A stretch of 63,527 nucleotides of DNA, filler included, from Octopus bimaculoides (GCF_001194135.2; 5 parts of 3 records of this genome joined end to end with filler, not necessarily neighbours in it); one strand, 5' to 3'. Positions 1 through 11,934 are shown, counted from the whole stretch's first letter. Translations and numbers: made by a program. Notes: generated by a model not told the origin, from the sequence alone.

Positions 1-168
<168 letters not shown>

Positions 169-232
169 TAATTTGTGCATTATACTTAGTAATTCTTTCA
201 TCACTCTTTCGTCGAGTAACAGAAAACAATGC

Positions 233-280
233 AACACTGATGATGTCATCCCAAGCCTGAAACCTGAGCAGGATCATGTG
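233..280 (+). ncRNA. Degenerate minimal hammerhead-ribozyme-like motif
   Basis: CTGATGA (237-243), 15 nt, GAAA (259-262), CCTG/CAGG stem, then ATC; helices I and II poorly paired. Confidence 0.3.
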
Positions 281-704
281 TTCCGAAGTAAAAGAAAAAG
301 AAAGAAAAAACAACATAAGTACTTTTTTTAATTGCTTCAACATTAAGCATATTAACACTATTAACACTCAGTTATTAAACAGCGATTTTGTTGTGCAAAG
401 AACATATTTTTAAACATAGTCTTTAATTACATCAACGCAAAGAACGCACATAGAACATATAATAGGGTGATTATGCGCTTTTACTATAGTTTAACTTGCT
501 GCGTTGTGGGTTTTTTTTTTTTAATAGTTCACATGTTGAACTGTTTATGTCTACGGACATGACACCATCATATATACATACATACATGTTTTTTTATATA
601 TATATATAAATATATTTAGCTATGAAAAAAAGTTACATTAATCTGATGGGTTACTCTGTTCTTTTGTGGAGTACAGATTTATTATCATTAAACAAGAATA
701 TCAT

Positions 705-753
705 TGTCAGTGACTTCGAAGTTTCGGCCAGTTAAGCCATCGTCCGACGATGT
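705..753 (-). ncRNA. Degenerate minimal hammerhead-ribozyme-like motif
   Basis: Minus strand: CGGACGA (U4 to G), GGCT/GGCC helix II, GAAA, palindromic CTTCGAAG helix III, GUC site. Confidence 0.35.
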
Positions 754-769
754 GTGAGTTCATGTGTGT

Positions 770-1003
770 GTGTGTGTGTGTGTGTGTGTCTTTGTGTATG
801 TTTGTCCCCCACTACCGCTTGACAGCCTGTATTGGTCTATTTATGTCCCCATAATACAGGGGTTCGACAAAAGAACAGACAAAATACGTACCAAGTTTTA
901 AAGAAAATCCATGTACTAAGATCGATTCAATCCACTGAAAAATTCCTCAATGCACTGCCCCAGCATGGCCGCACCTTAATGATTGAAACAAGTTCAAGAT
1001 GTA
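770..1003 (+). mobile_element. SINE family A, 3' half, degraded
   Basis: (TG)n then TTTGTCCCC...CCAGCATGGCCGCA...TGAAACAAG, similar to 10090-10293. Confidence 0.7.
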
Positions 1004-1177
1004 AGGGCACTGACTTCATTTACATATACCTTGTCCTTAGTAGAATGGAAAGCGAAGTGTATTTCGGTAGATTTCAAGCGTAGAATATTAAGGAACCTTA
1101 TAAAATTCCAGAATGTTTTTATGTCTTACCCATCACAAACTTCCATGTGACACTGAATCAAGCGGCCCTATATATAT

Positions 1178-1392
1178 ATGAGTGGGGGCTGAGAAGTTAC
1201 AGGCTTTAAGGGCACTGCGAAAGGCCAGGTTGGAGGCCTTTCCAACTTTTTTTTTACAGGACTTAGAAAAATTGGAGGATCACTGAAATAAGTGTGTGAA
1301 TCTGAGAGGGGGAATATGTTGAATAAAATTATGACTAACTGATGTATTTTCTTTCACTCAAAATCAGGACCGATTCAGCACACCCTCCTATA
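1178..1392. mobile_element. Mariner-like MITE (~215 bp)
   Basis: Degenerate TIRs (TATGAGTGGGGGCTGAGAAGTT / GATTCAGCACACCCTCCTA), TA flanks; related copies at 45339-45503 and 46340-46532. Confidence 0.65.
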
Positions 1393-1444
1393 TATGTGCA
1401 TGTTTGCGTGCGTGCATGTGTGTGCGTGTGTGTGTGTACATACA

Positions 1445-1672
1445 CAGGGTGTCCATAAATTACCTTTAAAATTAAAAAAAAAAATTTTTTAATGAATGTT
1501 GTCTATTAAACTCAGCAGAGTTTGATAGACAATAAAGACAACTGAATAGTTTTATTAGAAACATCAGAACGCTTCCAGGTGTTCTGATGTTTCTAATAAC
1601 ATTGGTTTACACGCATCACAACTGCAAGACGCGCTGCAGCAGATGTAAACATAATTCATGGACATGCATGTA
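1445..1672. mobile_element. Tc1/mariner-like MITE with two internal hairpins
   Basis: 5' CAGGGTGTCCATAAATT; partial inverted match AATTCATGGACA at 1653-1664; hairpins at 1501-1530 and 1552-1599. Confidence 0.5.
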
Positions 1673-2006
1673 TGTATGTATGTATGTATGTATGTATGTA
1701 TGTATGTACGTATGTATGTATGTATGTATGTATGCGTGTGTATGTGTGTGTTTATGTATGTATATATGTACGTATGTGTGTATGTGTGGGTGTGTATGTA
1801 TGTATGTATGTGTGTGTATGTATATATGTATGTATGCATGTGTGTGTGTACATATGTATGTGTGTATGTATGTGTGTGTATGTATGTATGTATGTGCGTG
1901 TGTGTATGTATGTATGTATGTGTGTATGCATGTATGTATGTATGTGTGTATGCATGTATGTATGTATGTATGCATGCATGCATGCATGTTTGTTTGTTTG
2001 TTTGTT
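1668..2006. repeat. Compound (TATG)n/(TG)n/(TTTG)n microsatellite
   Basis: Direct reading; explains the YVCM/HTYI ORFs. Confidence 0.95.
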
Positions 2007-2495
2007 ACAGATTTCGTCCACCGAACGGCTTTGTACAATTTCAATTTCTGTCTACAAAAATTTTATTGTAAAAAATTATTTTATATGTAAAATATAGGTG
2101 GGCACAATTTCACGGGTGTAAAAATTTAATGCGATATGGCATACTCTGAAAACCACATCCTTGGTAACTTATAAGCCAAAGCGATGGGCCAGAGCCAATA
2201 CACCATTCAATTTGCGTACACCTTCCAATCCAATATTTTCTGGAAGACTATGTTTTTCGTGTAAGTTCTCCCGCTTCTTTTCTCTTGTTTTTCAGTGTTG
2301 ATAACCAACTCCCACATCAGATAATCTGCGAGCCTCTGAGGATGTAACATATAGCTGACCATGACGAATACAGGTTCTGGCAAGAACAGCCCCACTTTAT
2401 GAAATGTCTACCCTTGTGACTTATTGATAGTCTTTGCATATGACAGGCGAACGGAAAACTGGGTTTTTTTTCTAAAGTGAATGGCAAATCTGGAA
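2007..2495 (-). mobile_element. Helitron remnant: C-terminus of Pif1-family RepHel helicase
   Basis: Minus-strand translation with frameshifts: DLPFTLEKK-QFSVRLSYAKTINKSQG*TFHKVGLFLPEPVF-HGQLYVTSS...TYTKNIVFQKIL, matching Helitron/Pif1 motifs (FPVRLAFAMTINKSQGQ, VFSHGQLYVALSR, TKNIVYKEVL); 3' boundary tentative. Confidence 0.85.
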
Positions 2496-3007
2496 TGTGC
2501 ATGCGTTAAGTGATAGGTGATATCAAAAAACTTACTTTTCACTATGCACACACCATCGCCACCTCCACCATCACCTTCATATCTCTCTCTATCCTTCTCT
2601 CTCTGTTTTCTTTAATCTTACCATCAGAACATCACCCCTCTGCTAAAATTATATTCCTTACTCTCCTCTATATCACTACCTTCAACTAACTTTTTTAGCC
2701 AGGTAATAAATATTACATTCCCCCTACCACATGTCATGAATGCTTCTCTCTCCGTCTTTTCTCTCTCCGTCTTTTCTCTCTCCTTTTTCTTTCACTCTCT
2801 GCCTCACTTTTCCCTAATCCTATTTTTCTCTCTCCTTTTTCTTTTTCTTGTTCTCTCTTTCCCTTCAACTAATCACACGAAAGCGTCATGGACGCTTCTG
2901 TCACCCTCATTTTCTCATTCCCTCTTTTCTTCCCTCCTCTTTTTCGCTAATCACGTGAAAGCGTTACCGACGGGCCAAGTAACGTAATGACAAGCGTAAT
3001 TATTATA

Positions 3008-3190
3008 AGCTGGCAGAACCGTTAGCACACCGGGCGAAATGCTTAGCGGTATTTCATCGGTCTTCACGTTCGGGATTGACTTTGCCTTTCATCCTTCCGA
3101 GGTCGATGAAATAAATACTGAGGTCGTTGCAATCGACTATTCCCCGCCTCTAAATTTCAGGCCTTGTGCTTATAATAGAAAGGATTATAT
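3008..3190 (+). mobile_element. SINE family B (tRNA head + Nin/Deu domain), internally deleted
   Basis: CTGGCAGAACCGTTAGC head; ACTTTGCCTTTCATCCTTCCGAGGTCGAT core. Confidence 0.85.
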
Positions 3191-3795
3191 TATATTATAT
3201 GTTTGCAGCATAGAACAAAAGTTTCACTTATTTGCCATATGCGTGTAAGTTAATATATCTATGTTTAATATAAATTTATAAATGCATATATACGTACACA
3301 TACGCACACACACAGACACATACATACATACATTCATGTGTGTGTGTGATTGTATGCGCGCGCGCGTGTGTGTGTGTGTAAGAATGTATGTGTGCACATA
3401 CAGGCATATAAGGTTTGGAGTATGTTTGTTGTGCATTCTGAATCGGTGACATACATTTTCCGCGAGTCAATGCAACACTGTTAATAGCAACAGAAATACA
3501 TTGTTATCGTGGTTGATCTAGCAGTTAATTATTTTATATTTTATCTTTCACATTACCTGTCTGGCGCTAAAAATCCGACACCATAACCACATATTTGTCT
3601 GAATGCTGTAAATATAAATGAGATATGTCTGTTAGCTATGTTTCACTTTGACTAAATAGGAGTTTAATCCCTTTGAGGTTTTCTGTAATCTCTTTTAACA
3701 CTTTATAATACTGATATTATATTTTCATATTATGAACACATTCTGCTATGGGCGCAGACATGGCTGTTAAGAAGCATGCTTGGTTACCATGTACT

Positions 3796-3869
<74 letters not shown>

Positions 3870-4378
3870 NNNNNNNNNNNNNNNNNNNNNNNNNNNNNNN
3901 NNNNNNNNNNNNNNNNNNNNNNNNNNNNNNNNNNNNNNNNNNNNNNNNNNNNNNNNNNNNNNNNNNNNNNNNNNNNNNNNNNNNNNNNNNNNNNNNNNNN
4001 NNNNNNNNNNNNNNNNNNNNNNNNNNNNNNNNNNNNNNNNNNNNNNNNNNNNNNNNNNNNNNNNNNNNNNNNNNNNNNNNNNNNNNNNNNNNNNNNNNNN
4101 NNNNNNNNNNNNNNNNNNNNNNNNNNNNNNNNNNNNNNNNNNNNNATGTATGTATGTGTGTATGTATGTATGTATGTATGTATGTATGTATGTATGTATG
4201 TATGCATGTATGTACGTATGTATGAAATTAATGTAAGCAGTGGTTTAGCAATGGGTTACTATTAGGGAAAACTATAATTGTCATTAAATATGACTGAGGA
4301 TGTTTGAACACCTACAATGCTAAGAATAAGGGCTAAATCGCTCTAAAGCTGCAGTCAAGGCATACGATTGTATATGTA

Positions 4379-4426
<48 letters not shown>

Positions 4427-5109
4427 TATATATTTATACATATATATGTACTATATATACATACATATATATATACATGCATATATATAAGGAAAATAAG
4501 ACAAGGTAGAAAATGGTAAAATAATTTTATCATGAAGTACATTTTCGTACCGGTTTCCGTCGTTTAGATATTTTCAACTAAGTGTAAAATAAGGAAAACA
4601 ATTAACTNNNNNNNNNNNNNNNNNNNNNNNNNNNNNNNNNNNNNNNNNNNNNNNNNNNNNNNNNNNNNNNNNNNNNNNNNNNNNNNNNNNNNNNNNNNNN
4701 NNNNNNNNNNNNNNNNNNNNNNNNNNNNNNNNNNNNNNNNNNNNNNNNNNNNNNNNNNNNNNNNNNNNNNNNNNNNNNNNNNNNNNNNNNNNNNNNNNNN
4801 NNNNNNNNNNNNNNNNNNNNNNNNNNNNGCAAATCTAAAGAAATAGTTTTATGAGTACAGAGAATTGATAGTTTAAGCAGGAGCAGCCAAGGTTGAAGAA
4901 GAAAAAGGACGAGGCGGAGGAGGAGGAGGAGGAGGAGGAGATGAAGAAGGAAGAGAAGTAGGAATAGGTATAGAAGAGGAATAAGGAGACAGAAAAGAAA
5001 AATGCAGGAGTGGTGTGTCACAGTAGATTGTTTGTGGAATCTTCTTTAATGGTCAAATGACCTAAAAGTGACCTGTTGTGGTTGTAGCAGTAGTGGTTGG
5101 AATTGTTCT

Positions 5110-5400
5110 AAACTCTTGTAGTGGTTTCATCTGTGGTAGGAGCATTCAAAAGAGGTTTATATTTTGCGATAAAATATGCTTCTTTGCTAATGCGCTGATT
5201 ATATTTTGCATTGTTCCTGAATGTATTGAGAGGAAAATTCTAAAATTACGTTGTTCGTTCGTTCGTGGTGCAAATATCGATGTGCTCGCTGAATCCCATT
5301 TTTCTGTATTTCCGTATTTTAAATCTTCGATCTATGTACCGTCATCCTCTGGCGTAGACTGTTTTTAGTTTGACCAATATATTGTTCTCGGCATCCTGAG
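5110..5400 (-). mobile_element. Penelope-like element, GIY-YIG endonuclease fragment
   Basis: Minus strand: SGCREQYIGQTKNSLRQRMTVHRSKI*...SEHIDIC...RISKEAYFIAKYKPLLN. Confidence 0.85.
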
Positions 5401-5410
5401 GAAGTTTCTA

Positions 5411-5600
5411 TCGACAGACAATTTCGGGGACTGTGATGGGTTCGCGAATGGCCCCACTCTTTTGCTAACCTAGTCATGAAATACCTAGAAATCAATCATT
5501 ATCGTAAGTTACTAGAAAATACGGAAACCCATTCTACCTGTACATAGAAAATAACAAAGGTAAAATATTAGATATTGTGGTCTATGATTAACTGCCTGGA
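5411..5600 (+). mobile_element. Penelope-like element, RT fragment
   Basis: QTISGTVMGSRMAPLF-(frameshift)-ANLVMKYLE, matching the Penelope RT motif G.AMG..AP.YANL.MG.LE. Confidence 0.75.
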
Positions 5601-5959
5601 AAAAAGGACGGGATAAATATCGGTGGAATAGTTTTATTTGTAATTTTTTTCTTGTCAGAACTGATTTGCTATCAAACAACAGTAATAACTAGAACTAACA
5701 ATGACAAAACGATAAAGTTTATAACGTAGTATTGGATTTATGCGGGGGAAAATACAAGACATAACGCTTGGTCTATATACGATTTGGGTTGCTTGATTAC
5801 CACAGTAAAGCAAATGTTATAGAACCCTGGATATTACGGTCCCAATTCCTAGAACACATTAAGATGGTCACCTGGCTTGCGTTGCGTATAACTAACCGAG
5901 GGCACAGTATCCCTCCTGAACGAAACGCGTGTCGCACGAAGGATTACGCGTTTACAGCC

Positions 5960-6070
5960 AAGGGGAAATGATGTGCTTTGCTCAAGAAGAGAATGCATTG
6001 CCTGGCCCGGAAATCGAAACCACGGTCTTGCGATTGTGAGTGCAACATCATAAACACTAAGACGCATGTC
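5960..6070 (-). mobile_element. SINE family C, tRNA-like head
   Basis: Reverse complement resembles 40230-40320; B-box-like GTGGTTTCGATTTCC. Confidence 0.65.
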
Positions 6071-6869
6071 TTTGATATCACTACACACTTGATGCTAACT
6101 AGGAACAACAACAACAGCAGCAGCAGCAACTGATGTGACATCCTAACGAAAATGGGTTACCTTTAACAAACATCAATTAGCGATGTTTTCCAAAGCCTTA
6201 GGATATAATTAATAAAGATTAGCTTAATTTAATCATATCATATTAATTACTGTTTAAAGACAGAAAATACTTCCTCTTTATTATTTAATTACACATTAAT
6301 CGCTATGTTGGTTTCTAAATAATTATAGATAATTTACTTTTTTAAATACTTTCTATTTATTTATTTTTTATTCTTAACTTATCTATCTCTGCTTTAACGA
6401 ACTACAAATTCATTTAAAATAATAAAACAAACAGTTGACAATTTTATGCTAATTTGGTTTCCTTTGTTTTCCCTATCGCTCCTAATAACTATTTCAATTT
6501 TCCAATCATCTATCTGTCTTACGTAATTAAGATATACATTTGCTTGTTTATATAATAGGGCGGAGTGAAAAAGGTACTTTTTATACATATTTTCAAATTA
6601 TGTGTTTAAGAATATATTTTATATTGCAAAATGATTTTAAAACAATTATGTTAAAATCTAAAGTTCTTAAATTTACACCTTTAAGCTCCGCAGCGCACTT
6701 AAAATTTTGAATAATGTGCAAAAAATCAATAACACATTTGCCGTTCCTCCATGTAGGTTAAAGTTTACACTATCAGGACTTTAACTTGCATGCATTTACG
6801 CAGAATTGCACCTAAGGACTTATGGACATATTTCTACATGATCGGAAGTTGAACTGTGAACTTTTATGC

Positions 6870-7235
6870 TTCTTTTTTTCTTCTCTTTCTTCATCGCCTT
6901 ATTCTTTTACTCATGTCCTCTATGTTGTCATTTCATTAATCTATACCCTTCTTATTTTCCATATTTGTCTCCGATGACGGAATATCTCATACTCTGGGAT
7001 ATCACAGAAACAGCTGTAAGACTTTGCATTTTTTCCAATAATAATAATGTATACAACCTGAGATGTTTGCCTTGTCTTAACGTTCGTTGTCCTCTTTAAC
7101 ATTTGTATATCATATCCACTATATCGGAAATCTGCAATGGCTCCATAACTACCGTCGCTAATACATTGGAGCCCTAGTAATCGGTTACAGCACTTACCTA
7201 GCGTACCTAGTCGTTGAGATCACCTGCGAACTAAA
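6870..7235 (+). mobile_element. Penelope-like pseudo-LTR / 3' region
   Basis: Carries a minimal hammerhead motif with palindromic helix III in a T-rich UTR-like context; boundaries approximate. Confidence 0.5.
6967..7022 (+). ncRNA. Minimal type I hammerhead-like motif with mutated core
   Basis: GTCT-CCGATGA-helix II-GAAA-CAGCTG-TA-AGAC; helix I GTCT/AGAC; U4 to C change. Confidence 0.55.
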
Positions 7236-7241
7236 CTATTT

Positions 7242-7286
<45 letters not shown>

Positions 7287-8187
7287 NNNNNNNNNNNNNN
7301 NNNNNNNNNNNNNNNNNNNNNNNNNNNNNNNNNNNNNNNNNNNNNNNNNNNNNNNNNNNNNNNNNNNNNNNNNNNNNNNNNNNNNNNNNNNNNNNNNNNN
7401 NNNNNNNNNNNNNNNNNNNNNNNNNNNNNNNNNNNNNNNNNNNNNNNNNNNNNNNNNNNNNNNNNNNNNNNNNNNNNNNNNNNNNNNNNNNNNNNNNNNN
7501 NNNNNNNNNNNNNNNNNNNNNNNNNNNNNNNNNNNNNNNNNNNNNNNNNNNNNNNNNNNNNNNNNNNNNNNNNNNNNNNNNNNNNNNNNNNNNNNNNNNN
7601 NNNNNNNNNNNNNNNNNNNNNNNNNNNNNNNNNNNNNNNNNNNNNNNNNNNNNNNNNNNNNNNNNNNNNNNNNNNNNNNNNNNNNNNNNNNNNNNNNNNN
7701 NNNNNNNNNNNNNNNNNNNNNNNNNNNNNNNNNNNNNNNNNNNNNNNNNNNNNNNNNNNNNNNNNNNNNNNNNNNNNNNNNNNNNNNNNNNNNNNNNNNN
7801 NNNNNNNNNNNNNNNNNNNNNNNNNNNNNNNNNNNNNNNNNNNNNNNNNNNNNNNNNNNNNNNNNNNNNNNNNNNNNNNNNNNNNNNNNNNNNNNNNNNN
7901 NNNNNNNNNNNNNNNNNNNNNNNNNNNNNNNNNNNNNNNNNNNNNNNNNNNNNNNNNNNNNNNNNNNNNNNNNNNNNNNNNNNNNNNNNNNNNNNNNNNN
8001 NNNNNNNNNNNNNNNNNNNNNNNNNNNNNNNNNNNNNNNNNNNNNNNNNNNNNNNNNNNNNNNNNNNNNNNNNNNNNNNNNNNNNNNNNNNNNNNNNNNN
8101 NNNNNNNNNNNNNNNNNNNNNNNNNNNNNNNNNNNNNNNNNNNNNNNNNNNNNNNNNNNNNNNNNNNNNNNNNNNNNNNNNNNNNNN

Positions 8188-8219
<32 letters not shown>

Positions 8220-8458
8220 TGTGTGTGTGTGTGTGTATATATGTATGTGTGTGTATGTGTATTTATGTATATATATATATGTAAGTATGTAGGTATACAG
8301 TTATGAAAATTAAAAACACGTATAATTCTTTGTTTTTATCAAAATATTTCAAAGTTACCCTTTTTTAAAAAACTTTTCAGTGACATTAATCATAATAATA
8401 TATATATAGCTATAACAATACTTTTATCGTAACTCTTAATTGACATTCCTGTCACATG

Positions 8459-8500
8459 AGACCCTGAAGACTGCTAGAAAGCAAGAAAGTATACTAGTCT
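8459..8500 (+). ncRNA. Minimal type I hammerhead-like motif
   Basis: AGACC-CTGAAGA-C-TGCT/AGCA helix II-A-GAAA-GTATAC-TA-GTCT; core intact, one helix II mismatch, one extra C in helix I. Confidence 0.55.
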
Positions 8501-8660
8501 TTTAATATTTAATATTCAATATTTCATTTATTCAATAAGACATTCAATACTTCGTTTCATTTTACTATATATACTATATATTCTATATTCTATATCCTAC
8601 ATTAATTTTATAAGAATATAAATAAAACATAAAAAAACAGACAGAGTTAGAATTCTTTTG

Positions 8661-8710
<50 letters not shown>

Positions 8711-8803
8711 CATCATATATATATGTGTGTGTATGGATGGATAGATGGATGAATTTATGCATGCATACACATATGCATATAAACTTGAACGTTCATTTAC
8801 AAA

Positions 8804-8940
8804 ATGTGGAAAATACCAATGACAAATGGTGTATTGTTGAGTATGTTCAAACAGTCCACGACTCTTACTCTCGTCACTGCGTCGTCGCTGAGACCAATTA
8901 AACTTCTGTTTGACAAAGATAAAACATTAGTTTGTTTCGT
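8804..8940 (+). CDS. Speculative first exon of a small 3-exon gene model
   Basis: ATG at 8804, 45 open codons + 2 nt, weak donor CGT|GTGAAT; phase fits exon 9061-9092. Confidence 0.15.
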
Positions 8941-9060
8941 GTGAATATAAGTGTTCTCATTCATGTTCAATACTTGTCTGAAATACTACAGATAGAATTA
9001 TAAAGAGTATACCATTCCCGTGTATGTATATAACGTTTATCAACAAGTAGATTGTTTTAG

Positions 9061-9092
9061 CAGAGACAACTCATGTTCGCTCTTTAAGAAAG
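9061..9092 (+). CDS. Candidate 32-nt internal exon (RDNSCSLFKK)
   Basis: TTGTTTTAG| acceptor, AAG|GTAAGG donor; phase fits next exon. Confidence 0.35.
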
Positions 9093-9221
9093 GTAAGGAC
9101 TGAACAGATTTATATTTCTTCAACGATTTAATTCTCATTTAATTATAATTTTGTAAATTATATCACACTAATGATGATTGTGTGTCGTTAAGTACTGAGA
9201 AACATATTGTATTTACTACAG

Positions 9222-9343
9222 ACTCGGAACAGACCTTGAAGAGAAAGAGAAAGTCTCTGAGAAGGTTGCGAAAAGGACCTATGACTAACAAACAACCGAT
9301 TGACTGTTTAACTAGTGCATTAAGCAAACGATCGATTAACTAA
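9222..9343 (+). CDS. Candidate terminal exon (DSEQTLKRKRKSLRRLRKGPMTNKQPIDCLTSALSKRSIN*)
   Basis: TTTACTACAG| acceptor, 40 codons ending in TAA, AATAAA at 9345-9350, GT-rich tract about 20 nt further. Confidence 0.35.
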
Positions 9344-9564
9344 CAATAAAGAAGAGATATTGAACCAGTGTGTGTGTTATTATTATTGGTGTGATGGCTC
9401 TCCCAAGGCACAACAAAATTTGTTTCAATACGCGAATTTGGATCAAGAATCTTGAAAACAAAATACAAAAACGAAGCAGTTTTAAAATTTTTCTCTAAGT
9501 TTTTAATTGTTTCGAGATAAATTTTTCTTTCCTACTTCTTAAGAGACATTTTAGAGCAGCTAAT

Positions 9565-9583
9565 TTGGCGCCACCTGGTGTCA
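9565..9583 (-). promoter_or_regulatory. CTCF-like motif
   Basis: Minus strand TGACACCAGGTGGCGCCAA, close to consensus CCACCAGGKGGCGC. Confidence 0.3.
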
Positions 9584-9800
9584 ATGATTCCATGCTGACT
9601 TGTTTGATATTAGCCTCTTAAAGTTTCTCTCGTTCTCTTCCTCCTTCCCTATCTCGTTATCTCTTTCTTTCTTTCTTTCTTTCTTCCTCTCTCTCTATCT
9701 ATCTATGTCTATCTGTATATCTCTCTATCTGTCTGTCTGTCTGCCTGTCTATCCTTCTATATCCTTCTATCTGTTTATGCGTATTAGTATATTTCTCCAT

Positions 9801-10293
<493 letters not shown>

Positions 10294-11059
10294 TGTACAT
10301 AGGAAGGAAAATGCTTGTCAGACGAGTTCAAATAACAAAGTATGTCTCCCTCTCCCTCTCCCTCTCTCTTCCTCTCTTTGTATCTCTGTCCCTCTGTCGC
10401 ACTCTATCTCTATCTTTCTCTATTTTTGATTCTCACGGCCTCCCTTTCTCTCACTCGCTCTCTGTCTCTTTCTCTCTCTCTCTTTCCCTTCCACTCACTC
10501 TCTCTCTCTTTCCATTTCACTCTCTCTCTCTCTATCTCCATCTCTAGCTCTCTCTCCCTCCCTCTCGCTGGCTTACTCGCTCACCATCAGTCTATTTATA
10601 TGTGTGTATTTCTACGTACGTGCGTGTGCGCGCGTTTCTATTATTGCTTCCATTGTCAAAAAATGCTGTCGCCCAGATTAAATATCCAGTCAGCCGTGCC
10701 AAATCCTCAACAGCCAAACAACTTCGCCCAATTGCCTCATTCTGCTTCTACACACCAAGTTGACTTTTAAAATTTGTACACATTTAAAACCCTTACTAGA
10801 CTAAATTTATGGTCTTAAGAATTCGATAATTTATATCTTTCAATTATGAGCTGGGACTCCATATCACAATGGTTAAGTATATATCAGTCCGCTGCATAAG
10901 GATTCCTCAAGCTAGGTTTTCGCAAAACGTAGACTTTGTACATGAAAAAATACAGATACCGCATCTAAATTTACGTAAATAAACTTAAGACATTCAGTGT
11001 ATTTAACGAAGTTTCTAAATAACTGTATGAAAATGTTTTTAATCAAAGATGTTTCTGTT

Positions 11060-11218
11060 TACATTACTTACATTATTTACATTTGACGGATATTTGTCCT
11101 TATCTTGTTTGTTGTGAACACAACTTTTCGGGTGATATACCCTCCAGCCTTCATCAAGTGTCTTGGGGAAATTTCGAACCTCGGTTCTCATTCCTAAGGT
11201 ATTTTCGATGTTATTTCA
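11060..11218 (-). mobile_element. Penelope-like pLTR fragment with decayed hammerhead (11117-11162)
   Basis: Minus strand GACAC-TTGATGA-AGGCTG...CACCC-GAAA-AG-TT-GTGTT; partial copies at 11487-11580 and 14488-14565. Confidence 0.6.
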
Positions 11219-11233
11219 ATAATAATAATAATC

Positions 11234-11272
<39 letters not shown>

Positions 11273-11399
11273 TCAAAATTAAAAGAAGAGTGCCATTGTT
11301 ATCTAGTGAACGACATCTGGTGTATCTTCAACGGGTTCAAAAAATAAATTTGTCAATCTACTTCACTAGATAACAATGGCACTCTTCTTTTAATTTTGA
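11273..11399. repeat. Perfect 38-bp inverted repeat with 51-nt spacer
   Basis: 11273-11310 is the exact reverse complement of 11362-11399. Confidence 0.95.
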
Positions 11400-11435
11400 C
11401 TCTATATCTTCAGGAGGAGTTACCTCAATCCTTTC

Positions 11436-11486
<51 letters not shown>

Positions 11487-11487
<1 letters not shown>

Positions 11488-11580
11488 TCGAAAAATGAGG
11501 AGAAATATCCGTCAAATGTAAATAATGTAAATAATGCAAATAGTGTACATAATTCCTCATCTCTTAAATATAGAACATTT
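11487..11580 (+). mobile_element. Partial copy of the 11060-11218 repeat, opposite orientation
   Basis: AAATATCCGTCAAATGTAAATAATGTAA is the reverse complement of sequence at about 11070-11096. Confidence 0.7.
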
Positions 11581-11934
11581 TACCAAGTTAACATTTTTTA
11601 TTATTCTTCATAAGCACTTACATCTAAGTTATAAATTTGAATATATTCATACGTTAGCCTCTTTTGTGTAAAGAAATCTTGAGTTTCGCTTTAGATATGT
11701 TCAGGGTTTAGCAATCATTCAATACAGAATTCCTCAAACTTGTTTACCCATGATGGCTTCAGTATTGGAAGAAAGTTTTCAGAACATAAAATATATTTGA
11801 GAGAAATATATAGCACTAAATAATACAGTATTAGCACCATAAAAATAAAATGATAAAATGGCTCAAAGTCCTTCTCGAGCCACAAGTTGATGACGTCAGT
11901 TTTCCGGATTTTATGGCGTATATTTCCCTCCACC

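Noticed and set aside
2207-2395. ORF with LADYLMWELV, resembling neprilysin (M13 peptidase)
   Set aside because: Better explained as alternate frames of the Helitron helicase remnant.
10663-10770. Q/P/N-rich short reading frame MLSPRLNIQSAVPNPQQPNNFAQLPHSASTHQVDF
   Set aside because: No convincing splice signals or homology.
11891-11907. CRE palindrome TGACGTCA beside an ETS-like TTCCGG
   Set aside because: Spacing differs from the canonical ETS-CRE composite, and no other promoter evidence.
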